Origin: a virus
Length of the DNA stretch: 35,165 nt
Virus record (IMG/VR): IMGVR_UViG_3300045988_039817
Reading direction: 5' to 3' (one strand)
The notes beneath the pieces were generated by a model that did no database searches, was not told where the DNA came from, and saw only the letters and a program-made list of their open reading frames with translations. The number at the start of each line of letters is the position of its first letter. Position 1 is the stretch's first letter. Below, piece by piece: positions 6,067 to 15,062 of this stretch. The position numbers and the translations under genes are program-made.

Positions 6067-8121
6067 TTAACTGTTGTAAACAGGCACGGTGTCGGTGATG
6101 CTCCCGCCGCCGCCCGTCTTTGTTGCCGTTCCAGCTCCGTCAAATTCAAACGTACAGTACCAGTCGTCAGAGGAACACTGGTACGTTCCCGCATAGCCGG
6201 CAGGAATGAAGCAGCTTGCCTTCGCACCGCTGCTACCGGCCGCATAGACCACGTATCCCATGATCTTTTCCTCAAAAGGCGTCACGGCCTGCCCGTTTAC
6301 CGTCAGCGCTCCAAAATCGCCGCTGCCGCCCTTCACCGTGCCGGTGGCGGTGACGTTGGTTGTCTCCACGGAGTTCGCCTTTACGTTGGCAAAGCCGACG
6401 GAGAGGACAATGTTCTCAGTATCGACGGCGGTGAGGTTGTCGTGGTACACCCGATAGATTTTCAGCAGATTGTCTCCATCCGCGGGATCGATACGCAGCC
6501 GCCAGTTTGTGGTGAAGTTGACCGTTCTCGTGCCGGCCAGGATCTGCGCGATCTGCACCTGATCCGTCGGCCCAATATGGCCGTCACCATTGATGTCCAG
6601 CTTCTCGTAGTCCGCCAGCGTAGGCTCGACCGTACCAAGAATGATTGCATTCACTCGCGCCTGATCCGCCTGCGTGTAGTCGCTGGTAGAATACGTAGCG
6701 CCCTGAGCGGAGGTGTCTATCGTGCCTCCGTCCAGATTGATGAAGAAGTTGCCCTGCTCGCTGGAAATAGTCCCGGCAATCAGGTGAGCCGCCGTGATCA
6801 TCCACGCCTGGATCTCGCCGGCAATAGTAGCGCCCAGAACAAACGGCCCGTTGTAGCCGCTCTGGCTGGCGGCCAGCCCCATGTAATTCATCCGCCACAC
6901 CTTCTTGGCCTTGGTCGGATCTGGATCGTCTGCGACATATAGCTCATCGGGCACTCCGTCGTTGTCCGTATCCAGGAGGCGAACTGAGCCGCCCTTTGCG
7001 CCCATGATCGCCGCCGCCAAGTTGGCGGAGATCTTCTCCACCATAGAGACGGAGGGCTTGGCGTCGATCTGTTGCTGCTGTCCGGCGATAGTGGCTGCAA
7101 TATTGGCCTTGACATTGCCAAGCGCCACGCTGTCGTAGCGCTCAAGCAGGCAGTCCCACACGATCTTGTTCACTCGCGCCTTGGCGTCCACGCCCAGGCG
7201 CTGGAAATAGACACCCACGGTATCGCCCAGATAGATCTGCTCCAGGAATGCCACGTCCTCGTAGCCTGACGCCTGGGACAGCAGAGCCAGTTTTACGTCC
7301 CAACTCACCGCAGGGATGCCGATCCGGTTTCGCTGGATGTAGTCCGCGCCCTCGGTGCGCAGCTGCGCATCCGTAGGCTGGTCCTCAAAGCTGGAAGAGA
7401 TATCCAACGGCATGAGCCTCGTGTAGCCGTAATTTCCTTCAGCGTACACAGGGGCAGCTGTCACAGTGACGTCACCCCCTCGCCAGTACGGCACGACGCC
7501 GGTGTAGCAGTTTGCACAGTTGGCATCCTGGGTCAGATCCGTCAGGTTCTTGCCATACCGCACGGACACACCGCGATCTGCGCCGCGGCGCACCAGCAGG
7601 CGCACCGTCCAGCCGTCAAACTCGTACTCGCCACCGTAGACGTCTAACAGGCTGCCCTGCTGACCACCCAGCAGCGCCCAGGCGCTGCTGGGCACTGTCA
7701 CGCTCATGGTGGCCACGGTAGTCTTGTCCGTGGCCAGCGTAAAGGGCATACCTGCCGGCAGCGCATGGCTTTTGATGCCCGCCATCGCGGCCGGTGCGTC
7801 CGCCGCAGTAAAGGGGGCGACCACATACCCTCCCAGGTCATAGGCCACGTGGCGGGCATAGATCGTGGCCACGCCGCCCATGGCAGGCGTGATCCGGTAG
7901 ATTCGGAAGGGCTGCAGGTCTGTATCAGGGCTCGCCGTTGCCCGCAGGATAGATCGCAGCGCGATCTCGCCGTAGTGGACGCCTTCCACAGGGTAGCGCA
8001 TCTCCAGTTCAAACTGCCCGTTCAGCTCCTGCGTCACCTTGCAGGAGATGGCATCCGCCAGAATGCCCAGGCCGTTGTCATTAAAGCTGGTACGGCCCGC
8101 GTCATACAAAATAGGTTTCAT
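6067..8121 (-). CDS. Tail-associated lysin/Tal-type baseplate protein (Prophage_tail family N-terminus) with Ca-binding/dockerin-like loops
   Basis: MKPILYDAGRTSFNDNGLGILADAISCKVTQELNGQFELEMRYP is the typical prophage tail endopeptidase N-terminus. Its ATG forms an ATGA overlap with the Dit stop codon. Confidence 0.8.
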   Translation of the reverse strand: MKPILYDAGRTSFNDNGLGILADAISCKVTQELNGQFELEMRYPVEGVHYGEIALRSILRATASPDTDLQPFRIYRITPAMGGVATIYARHVAYDLGGYVVAPFTAADAPAAMAGIKSHALPAGMPFTLATDKTTVATMSVTVPSSAWALLGGQQGSLLDVYGGEYEFDGWTVRLLVRRGADRGVSVRYGKNLTDLTQDANCANCYTGVVPYWRGGDVTVTAAPVYAEGNYGYTRLMPLDISSSFEDQPTDAQLRTEGADYIQRNRIGIPAVSWDVKLALLSQASGYEDVAFLEQIYLGDTVGVYFQRLGVDAKARVNKIVWDCLLERYDSVALGNVKANIAATIAGQQQQIDAKPSVSMVEKISANLAAAIMGAKGGSVRLLDTDNDGVPDELYVADDPDPTKAKKVWRMNYMGLAASQSGYNGPFVLGATIAGEIQAWMITAAHLIAGTISSEQGNFFINLDGGTIDTSAQGATYSTSDYTQADQARVNAIILGTVEPTLADYEKLDINGDGHIGPTDQVQIAQILAGTRTVNFTTNWRLRIDPADGDNLLKIYRVYHDNLTAVDTENIVLSVGFANVKANSVETTNVTATGTVKGGSGDFGALTVNGQAVTPFEEKIMGYVVYAAGSSGAKASCFIPAGYAGTYQCSSDDWYCTFEFDGAGTATKTGGGGSITDTVPVYNS

Positions 8122-8825
8122 AGCGTCCACCACCTCGGCTTGATCTTTACGCTCGTGATACCGCCCGTCCATCGGACGGGGCTTTCTCCGGCCGGCAGCG
8201 TGGGAAATTCTGGCGCGGAGACAGTGCTATTCAAGTTAAACGCGCCGTAGTAGGCGTTCTGCGTGTCCGAGTCGAGCACAACGATGCCCCTCGGCATACT
8301 GTTGATGGTCACGGTCACATCTCCCACCGTCAGCGTACCTGCGCCCGTGCCAGCAACGGTGATCAGCGGCAGCGCCGTGAATGCTGTGGGGTTCAGCAAC
8401 GTTTTGCCCTGCGACAGCTCCACCGTCTGATCGCCGGCGCGCAGAAAGCGCTGCGGCTGGCAGCTGAACTCAATGGTCGCCCTGCCGAACCGGTGCATGA
8501 TGCTCTCCACGTCCAACGGCCCGGCGAAATACGCCCGCCGGTACGTCTCTACGTCGTAATCGTCCTCCAGTTTCTGATAGCCAGATGGCCCGCACAGCCA
8601 GTTGGCCACCTCCCGCATCGCGCGGGGCAGCCGGATGCGCTCGGCGCTCATGTATACCTCGTAGGCCTGGATGTAGTTCTGATAGGCGTTCTGTTCAAAG
8701 AGCAGGTCGCCGTTCCGGCCGGGCACGGCCTGCGTGTCCAGCTTCCGCCCGGCAAGCGTCACGGAGGGGTAGCGCTCCACGATCACGTGGACATCGTCGG
8801 AAGATCTTCCGGCCCAGTAGATCAT
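8118..8825 (-). CDS. Distal tail protein (Dit, siphovirus tail component)
   Basis: Position between the tape measure and Tal. The N-terminus (MIYWAGRSSDDVHVIVERYPS...RNGDLL) is typical of the Sipho_tail family. Confidence 0.75.
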   Translation of the reverse strand: MIYWAGRSSDDVHVIVERYPSVTLAGRKLDTQAVPGRNGDLLFEQNAYQNYIQAYEVYMSAERIRLPRAMREVANWLCGPSGYQKLEDDYDVETYRRAYFAGPLDVESIMHRFGRATIEFSCQPQRFLRAGDQTVELSQGKTLLNPTAFTALPLITVAGTGAGTLTVGDVTVTINSMPRGIVVLDSDTQNAYYGAFNLNSTVSAPEFPTLPAGESPVRWTGGITSVKIKPRWWTL

Positions 8826-10876
8826 GCGAACACCGCCTCTCTGCGTTCCACCGCACTCTGCATCCGGGCCATGACGATGTCGGCCAGCTCGCTCACATCC
8901 TGCCCCTGTGCACCGTACACTACGATATTGACGCCGCCCAGATTAGTCGTGGTGCTGCTGGGCATGGGGATGGCGGACAGCGCACTCAACTGTGCGCCCA
9001 TGTCCCGCATAGCCCTGGGCATGGCCTGCTCCACGCCCAGCGTGATGCCGGGTGGGATGAACTTGCCGACTTCGTCGGCGAAGACCTTGGAGGGGGAATG
9101 GATTCCAAAAAATCCCTTGATCCAATCCAGCACGTCTCCTGCCCACCCCTTGATCTTCTCGTAGAGCCAGGAGGCTGCGTTGGCGATGCCGTTAAACAAG
9201 CCTTCCACCAACTGCTGACCTACCATACCGATAGAAGCCATGCCCTTCAGCAGACCCGAAGTGATCGCCAGGATGATCTCCGGCAGCCGGTACACCAGAT
9301 GAGGTATGGCCTCAATCAGGCCCTGCGTCAGACCGCCGATCAGCTGCCCGGCTGCGATGATAATCTTGTCCACATTGGCCACCAGCCCGCTGGCGACCTC
9401 GATAATGGCATCCACCGCCGCGGGGATTAGTGCCGGAAGGTTATCGCCAATGCCGGACGCCAGCGCGGCGATGATCTCAACACCGGCAGAGATGATCTGC
9501 GGCAGCAGCATGGTCAGCTGCTGCACGAGCATAGGTATTACGGCGGAGATCGCTTCCACAGCCGCAGGCAGCGCCTGCACGATGCCGGACACCAGCCCGC
9601 CAAGCCCTTCTACAAGCGGCGGAAGGAGAAGCTCCAGCGCTGGCGCTACATAGGGGATCATGTTGGAGATCAACTGCGTGAGGCCCTGAACGAAGCGCGG
9701 CAGCATAATCTGCAAACGCGGAATCAGGTTGTCCGCGAAGGACTTGACGCTGTCGATCACATTCTGCACAAGTTTGCCAAGATCCAAATTTTCATTGCTC
9801 ATGCCCGTGATGAGGTTGCTCCACGCCGACTTCATAGCGTTCGCGCTGCCCTCAATAGTTGTTGCTGCCTCCGCCGCCGTCGTACCGGTGATCCCCATCT
9901 CTGTCTGCACCACATGGATAGCATCTACGATGTCGGCATAGCTGGAAAGGTCGTATTTGATGCCGGAGAGCTTCTCCGCATCGGTCAGCAAACGCTGCAT
10001 TTCCTCCTTCGTACCGCCATAGCCCAGCTTCAGGTTGTCCAGCATGGTATAGTTTGCCTTGGCAAAGCCCTGATAGGCATTTTGGATGCTCTGCATATCC
10101 GTGCCCATCTTATTGGCGTTGTCGGACATATCCGTGATGGCCTGGTCAGCCTTTTCGGCCGCCGCCTTAGTGTCTCCGCCCAGTGACTGCAGCAGCGACG
10201 CCGAAAAGCTGGTGACAGTTTCCATGTACTGGTTGGCGCTCAAGCCGGCTGTTTTATAGGCTTCATTGGCGTACTGCTGCACCTGCGCGGAATTTTCCTT
10301 AAACAGCGTGTCCACGCCTCCGATAAGCTGCTCCTGCTCAGCAAAGCCCTGGATGGACTGCTTGCCCAGGTCAATGAGCGCCGCCCCGGCCTCTTTAATG
10401 GCGGAGGCCATAGCCTTAACACCGGAGACGATGGCGTCAGATGCCAGGTTGGCCTTCAGCACGTCGCCGAAGGACAGCGCCTTCTTTGTGCCGTCGGCCA
10501 TCGCGTCATCCATGTCCCGCATTTCAGACGCAGTGTCCCGCAGCTTGTTCTGCATCTCGTTCAGCGACGCCTGCGCCTCGTTCAGAGCCTGCTGCCACTT
10601 CTGCGTGCGGCTGTCAGCTTCGCCGTATTTGGCGGCAGCCTTGCCGGTCTGCTCCGCCAGCAGCTTCACCCGCTCCCGCTGGGTGTCGATCTGCTTCGTC
10701 AGCACCGCCGCCGTCTTGGCGGTCTTCTCCTCCGCCGACGTGGTGGCTGTGAACTGCGACGCCACCAGTTTCATCTGACTCTCCAGCGTCTTGGACTGCT
10801 GGATGATCTGGTTGATTTGGTTTCGGTATTCCCGCTCACCATCTACGCCGATCCTCGGCCCGATATTAACAGCCAT
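8822..10876 (-). CDS. Tape measure protein
   Basis: 684 aa, Ala/Gly/Ile-rich helical repeats, coiled-coil N-terminus. Position after the chaperone pair. Confidence 0.85.
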   Translation of the reverse strand: MAVNIGPRIGVDGEREYRNQINQIIQQSKTLESQMKLVASQFTATTSAEEKTAKTAAVLTKQIDTQRERVKLLAEQTGKAAAKYGEADSRTQKWQQALNEAQASLNEMQNKLRDTASEMRDMDDAMADGTKKALSFGDVLKANLASDAIVSGVKAMASAIKEAGAALIDLGKQSIQGFAEQEQLIGGVDTLFKENSAQVQQYANEAYKTAGLSANQYMETVTSFSASLLQSLGGDTKAAAEKADQAITDMSDNANKMGTDMQSIQNAYQGFAKANYTMLDNLKLGYGGTKEEMQRLLTDAEKLSGIKYDLSSYADIVDAIHVVQTEMGITGTTAAEAATTIEGSANAMKSAWSNLITGMSNENLDLGKLVQNVIDSVKSFADNLIPRLQIMLPRFVQGLTQLISNMIPYVAPALELLLPPLVEGLGGLVSGIVQALPAAVEAISAVIPMLVQQLTMLLPQIISAGVEIIAALASGIGDNLPALIPAAVDAIIEVASGLVANVDKIIIAAGQLIGGLTQGLIEAIPHLVYRLPEIILAITSGLLKGMASIGMVGQQLVEGLFNGIANAASWLYEKIKGWAGDVLDWIKGFFGIHSPSKVFADEVGKFIPPGITLGVEQAMPRAMRDMGAQLSALSAIPMPSSTTTNLGGVNIVVYGAQGQDVSELADIVMARMQSAVERREAVFA

Positions 10877-10880
10877 CTCA

Positions 10881-11425
10881 TCACCTCACCTTCATAGCCG
10901 CGTCGAATGTCCAGTGTTTCTGTTTCTTTTTAGCTTTCGCGCCGTTGTATATGGCAAGGCAGGCGATCATGTCCAGCATTTCACCGTATCGTGTGCACAT
11001 GATCTCCTGCCTCCTCATATTCAGCTTCCGCCCGTAAAACAGTAGCCAGGCAAGGTTCAGCTGGACTTCCGCGCCTTGCCGCCCTCTTTTTTTGCGGGCT
11101 CGACCTCCACTGTGGGCTTGCTGTCCTCCAACCAGGCCGCCAGCGCTGCCGCCTGCAACTCACTAAACTCGCTCATTCGCAAGGTCATGATCTCCTCCAC
11201 GGTAAGGGGCTGAGCCCTGTGGCCAGGAGTCTCAAAGGCGAGCGCCTGCTCGTAGCCCTCGCTCAGAGCGGCGATGATCGCCGCCGAGTCCCGCGCCACT
11301 CTGCCATACTGTCCCTCCAACACTTCGCCTAGGCGGCTGATGTCGCCGTCCGGGCACAAGTCGGAGATCTTGGCGGACGCGCCCACCGTGAAGCGGAAGC
11401 CTACTTCTCTGCCGTGTACCTGCAT
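10881..11425 (-). CDS. Tail assembly chaperone, -1 frameshifted long form (G-T analogue)
   Basis: The -1 frame is open from the slippery site to a TGA at 10881-10883, directly before the tape-measure ATG. The extension ends ...CLAIYNGAKAKKKQKHWTFDAAMKVR. Confidence 0.55.
11057..11425 (-). CDS. Tail assembly chaperone (gpG analogue)
   Basis: 122-aa acidic protein between the major tail and tape measure genes, with a slippery heptamer near its 3' end. Confidence 0.7.
   Translation of the reverse strand: MQVHGREVGFRFTVGASAKISDLCPDGDISRLGEVLEGQYGRVARDSAAIIAALSEGYEQALAFETPGHRAQPLTVEEIMTLRMSEFSELQAAALAAWLEDSKPTVEVEPAKKEGGKARKSS
11087..11093 (-). promoter_or_regulatory. Programmed -1 ribosomal frameshift slippery heptamer A_AAA_AAA
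   Basis: The zero frame reads GCA AAA AAA GAG, 9 codons before the chaperone stop codon. Confidence 0.6.
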
Positions 11426-11435
11426 GGTGGCCTCC

Positions 11436-12044
11436 TTACGCAGCGCCGCCCAGGATGGCCTTCAGGACCTCCACGGCAGCTTCCTCGGTGGATTGGTCCG
11501 CGCCCACCAGCTTCCAGTCGTGGCTGGCGGTGTCGTCCCGCATCAGCGTGGCGGTCAGCTCCTGCGTCTGCCAATCGATACTCTCCTCCTGCGTGGCGGC
11601 GTCCAGGCCGGGCTGTTGGAAGCGGGCCTTGGCCAGCACCACCGGCGCGTAGGTGACCACACCGGCGCTCTGATAGCGCACCACAAACCCGATGCCTACG
11701 TAGGGGATCTCCATGCCGTCGCCGTAGTGGGAGACATCTACCTGCTCTCCGCCGGACATGACCTTGGTGGTCTCCGGCAAGCCCAGAATAAACTTCTCCG
11801 CTGCGGCCAGAAGGCCGTCCACCGTCAGCGTGGCAGTGCCGCCGGTAAAAATGGCCGCTGCGGTCTCTGCGGACACGTTGTCCGCGTGGAAAATGTTGTC
11901 GTCCGTGGTGTCCAGGGACAGCGACACGCTGACGCCTCGGGCCAGCTGCATTACGCCGCTGTAAGTGACCACGTTGCCGACATTGGAATATTTAGCCACG
12001 TAGGGCATACTGAAGCCCGTACAGACCTTTCCTGCTGCACTCAT
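11436..12044 (-). CDS. Major tail protein
   Basis: Start at ATG 12044 with AGGAGGT 7 nt upstream. 202 aa. Position is directly upstream of the chaperone genes. Confidence 0.75.
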   Translation of the reverse strand: MSAAGKVCTGFSMPYVAKYSNVGNVVTYSGVMQLARGVSVSLSLDTTDDNIFHADNVSAETAAAIFTGGTATLTVDGLLAAAEKFILGLPETTKVMSGGEQVDVSHYGDGMEIPYVGIGFVVRYQSAGVVTYAPVVLAKARFQQPGLDAATQEESIDWQTQELTATLMRDDTASHDWKLVGADQSTEEAAVEVLKAILGGAA

Positions 12045-12055
12045 AGCAGTACCTC

Positions 12056-12541
12056 CTATTTCATGATCTTTTCGATCTCGCGGCTGCACGCCGCGTCCAT
12101 AGCCGCTTCAGCGGCTTTCTTGCTGGTGCTCACCGCCTTGTCCACAAACCGTGTCTTTTTGCGGAAGGTCGTGCCGCTGTTGACGGCACGGGCGATCAGG
12201 GCGTTAGGCTGGCCCTGGGGATACTTGTCCGTCCGGGTCGCGTTGTACCCGGCGAAGCCCAGCTTGACGTTGACAAAGCCATCGTCGTCCTTCATCCGGC
12301 TAATGCCGAAGCCGTCCAGCAGACCCTCCTTCTGCGGCAGCGTCACCGTGTCCACCAGCTCGCCTTGCGCCGCATGGCCGCTGCCCACCGGCAGCGCCCG
12401 GATAGCGTCCTTGACTGCGTCGGCCACTACTGCCGCACCGGCGTAGACCGTCTTGCCGATCACGTCGTCCTTGGTGGCAACCTGCAGCTTGTTCAGCTGT
12501 TTGATGTAGGTGTCGATGCCGCCAAACTGGAACGTAGCCAT
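12056..12541 (-). CDS. Tail-completion / HK97 gp10-like neck protein
   Basis: Start at ATG 12541 (MATFQFGGID...), TGATG overlap with the preceding gene. Size and position fit the gp10 family. Confidence 0.6.
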   Translation of the reverse strand: MATFQFGGIDTYIKQLNKLQVATKDDVIGKTVYAGAAVVADAVKDAIRALPVGSGHAAQGELVDTVTLPQKEGLLDGFGISRMKDDDGFVNVKLGFAGYNATRTDKYPQGQPNALIARAVNSGTTFRKKTRFVDKAVSTSKKAAEAAMDAACSREIEKIMK

Positions 12542-12903
12542 CAGGCAAACACCTCCCAATCCCACTCGTAGTGCCAGAAGCCGGTCTCTTCCTCAAACTG
12601 GCAGCTATTCAGCGTCCAGACGAGCCCTGCGGCATCAAAGGCCGCTTCCAGCTCATCCCGCCAGGGGTCAAATTCCTGCTTCGTGAACAGGTCCGTAGAG
12701 CCGGTGACAGCTTTCTCCGCGTGAACACCGCCCGCCTCGAAGTCGTTTGCACCGTCCTCCTGCCACACCAGGTAGCGGTCGGATTGCAGCCGTCCGCCGT
12801 GGCTCACGGCATCCGTCACAGCCAGATGCGCCGCGATGACCCGCTGCGCCCACAGCGGCGTTGCGCCGGTGTCCGAATTGGACACAGCTATCTTGTCACC
12901 CAT
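12541..12903 (-). CDS. Neck/head-tail joining protein (hypothetical)
   Basis: 120-aa ORF within the connector gene string. It carries one copy of the dispersed inverted-repeat motif at codons 7-12. Confidence 0.6.
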   Translation of the reverse strand: MGDKIAVSNSDTGATPLWAQRVIAAHLAVTDAVSHGGRLQSDRYLVWQEDGANDFEAGGVHAEKAVTGSTDLFTKQEFDPWRDELEAAFDAAGLVWTLNSCQFEEETGFWHYEWDWEVFA

Positions 12904-13279
12904 CAGACACCTCGTATTTCTGCTCGATCTTGGTCAGCGTCAGATCCATGGACGCAGGATACGCGTCCGTCACCTGCTGCACCAAATCGATACCGTACTG
13001 CACGCCGTCCTCCGTGATGGCCACGCACTGGGGGCTGACGCCAGGGCGGAGCTGCGTTCGGATCACTCGCTCCACCTGCACCTGCGCCTGTTTGCCGGAG
13101 TAGTATCGTTGCAGACCCACCCGCCGCTCCTGGTAAAACAGCGTCTCCAGCAGCGTCAGCGCGGGCCGGGGCTGGTATCCGGGCTGGGCCGCATCGGTGA
13201 CGGTGTAGATCCTCACCACACCGTCCCGGTAGGGCTGGGTGATCTGCCGGTCGTCCGGCCTAAACGGTGCCTGCCGCAT
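12896..13279 (-). CDS. Head closure / head-tail adaptor protein
   Basis: Size, position and the VRIYTVTD...LWA-type pattern. Start taken at ATG 13279; the alternative is 13300. Confidence 0.6.
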   Translation of the reverse strand: MRQAPFRPDDRQITQPYRDGVVRIYTVTDAAQPGYQPRPALTLLETLFYQERRVGLQRYYSGKQAQVQVERVIRTQLRPGVSPQCVAITEDGVQYGIDLVQQVTDAYPASMDLTLTKIEQKYEVSDG

Positions 13280-13565
13280 ACTCTGACACCCGCCTCTCAT
13301 GCTGCATGGCCAGCAGCCGGTTAAGGTAGTTCGTCTCGAACACGTCCAGCGCGTCGCTCAGACCGTATCGGACATATTCCTTCAGCAGCGTCAGCGGCTC
13401 TCCGGGAGCGTCGTAGTCTCCCGCCGCGCCCAGCTTGCCGTCAATGTAGGCCTCCCCGGAAGCGATGAGGTCGGACACCTTGGTGTCCGTAGCCTCATCG
13501 CTCCAGGTAATATTGCACCAGAGCTTGACGGCCTTCAAAAGCGCGGCGCTCACCGCGCCCGCCAC
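13260..13565 (-). CDS. Head-tail connector protein (gp6-like)
   Basis: 101 aa directly after the capsid gene. LKAVKLWCNITWSDEATDTKVSDLIASGEAYI matches the gp6-like connector pattern. Confidence 0.7.
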   Translation of the reverse strand: MAGAVSAALLKAVKLWCNITWSDEATDTKVSDLIASGEAYIDGKLGAAGDYDAPGEPLTLLKEYVRYGLSDALDVFETNYLNRLLAMQHERRVSEYAAGTV

Positions 13566-13566
13566 G

Positions 13567-15045
13567 TCAGGACTTGGTGACGGTGACCGTGTAGGTCTTG
13601 GTGGCTTCGCCGTCGGGGGCAGTCACCATCACCTTCACGGTGTTGCTGCCGGTCTGCCAGGTCGCCGCCGTACCGTTGTCGATCTCCACGTCGTTCACGG
13701 TCACCTTGAGGGCCGCGGCCGCGTCAGAGGGCACAGCGGTGATGGTGTTGGTAGCGTTGGTGGTGGTCGCGGTGTAGCTAACGGTAGCCTTGGCAAAGGC
13801 GGGCGTCAGCGCCAAAGAGCCAATGGACAGCGCGCTCAGCGTAGCGTCATTGGACGGGGTGGGCGCGGTCACCTGCGTCACCTCGTAGACAGCGGGCCGG
13901 ATATCGGAGATGTCCAGCACCAGGAAGGCGTTGTTGTCCAGAGGCATACCGTTGGCGTAGGCCTTGATCAGGTAAACGCGCTCATCCTCCAGGAAACGGT
14001 AGTGGTCGCTGTACTCGATGCGGCCCTCGGGGGACGTGCCGGCCAGCGCCAGGTAGCGATACGCGATGCCCATAATGGCCTTGCCGCGAGGCAGCGACGC
14101 CGTCTGGATCACGTCCATAGGGTAGGGCATCACATCATTGCGGTACGTGCCGTCAGGCGCTTTCAGCGTGGTGGCCGGCATAATCTTCTGCAGATAGTCC
14201 TGGGGATTGACCAGGAAGATCACATCCCGGACGCGGCGAGACTTGCCGTTGGGGTCAGCCGCCATGATGGACAGCAGATTGCCCACGGTGGCGGGAGACA
14301 GGTCGGTAATCTTTACGGCGGCCTTCTCCGGGTACACGCCGCCGGTCACGACCACGTTGTCGCCCACCTGGCGATCCATGCCGATAGGCTTCTTGTTGCC
14401 GTCGCCGGTCACGAACCCGGCCTCCATGCCGTTGCTCAGCGCCTCGTACAGAGTCTGCCGGACGAAGTTGTCCAGCCACCCCGGACCGAGGTCCAGCATG
14501 GCCTTGCACACCGGCAGGAACGCGGACAACTTCAGAAGCATGGCGGGGATCTTCTTGATGCCCGCGGTCAGCTCCTTGACAATGTCGTCACACAGCTCGC
14601 CCCACACGGCTTCCTCGTAGCCGTTGGTGTTCACCATGATCTCCACAGCGCCGCCGGTGGCCCGGAAGTTGATGCGGCTCAGCAGCGGATGCGCCGTCTG
14701 CAGCTCATTGAACACGGAGTCGATCACTGTCGTCGGCAGCGCCACGTCCAGGCCGGTCACTGCCTGCTGGGGGTTGGAGGACTTCATGGCCGCACCCAGC
14801 TTCTGGTAGTAGGTCCGCTCCTCAGCGGTCAGCTGATGCACGCCCCGCTGGGCCAGGATGCGGGAGTCCAGCTCCTGCTGCAGCGCCTGAAAGCGCTGGT
14901 CATATTCCTCGCGCAGGTCCAGACCGATGCGCTGCATCATCTCGTCCAGCGCAGAATGGAACGCCTGGGTGTCGCCGGATGCAGCCGCCTGCTGAAGCAG
15001 CTGCCGCAGCTCCTCGCGGCTGCGAATGTCGTTGTTGTTCATCAT
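13567..15045 (-). CDS. Major capsid protein, HK97 fold, with coiled-coil delta domain and C-terminal Ig/cadherin-like domain
   Basis: N-terminal scaffold-like coiled coil. The central part is typical of the HK97 MCP family. The last ~92 aa are a beta-sandwich-type repeat (LSALSIGSLALTPAFAKATVSYTA...TYTVTVTKS). Confidence 0.9.
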   Translation of the reverse strand: MMNNNDIRSREELRQLLQQAAASGDTQAFHSALDEMMQRIGLDLREEYDQRFQALQQELDSRILAQRGVHQLTAEERTYYQKLGAAMKSSNPQQAVTGLDVALPTTVIDSVFNELQTAHPLLSRINFRATGGAVEIMVNTNGYEEAVWGELCDDIVKELTAGIKKIPAMLLKLSAFLPVCKAMLDLGPGWLDNFVRQTLYEALSNGMEAGFVTGDGNKKPIGMDRQVGDNVVVTGGVYPEKAAVKITDLSPATVGNLLSIMAADPNGKSRRVRDVIFLVNPQDYLQKIMPATTLKAPDGTYRNDVMPYPMDVIQTASLPRGKAIMGIAYRYLALAGTSPEGRIEYSDHYRFLEDERVYLIKAYANGMPLDNNAFLVLDISDIRPAVYEVTQVTAPTPSNDATLSALSIGSLALTPAFAKATVSYTATTTNATNTITAVPSDAAAALKVTVNDVEIDNGTAATWQTGSNTVKVMVTAPDGEATKTYTVTVTKS

Positions 15046-15062
15046 CGTTCTCCTTTCGCGCC

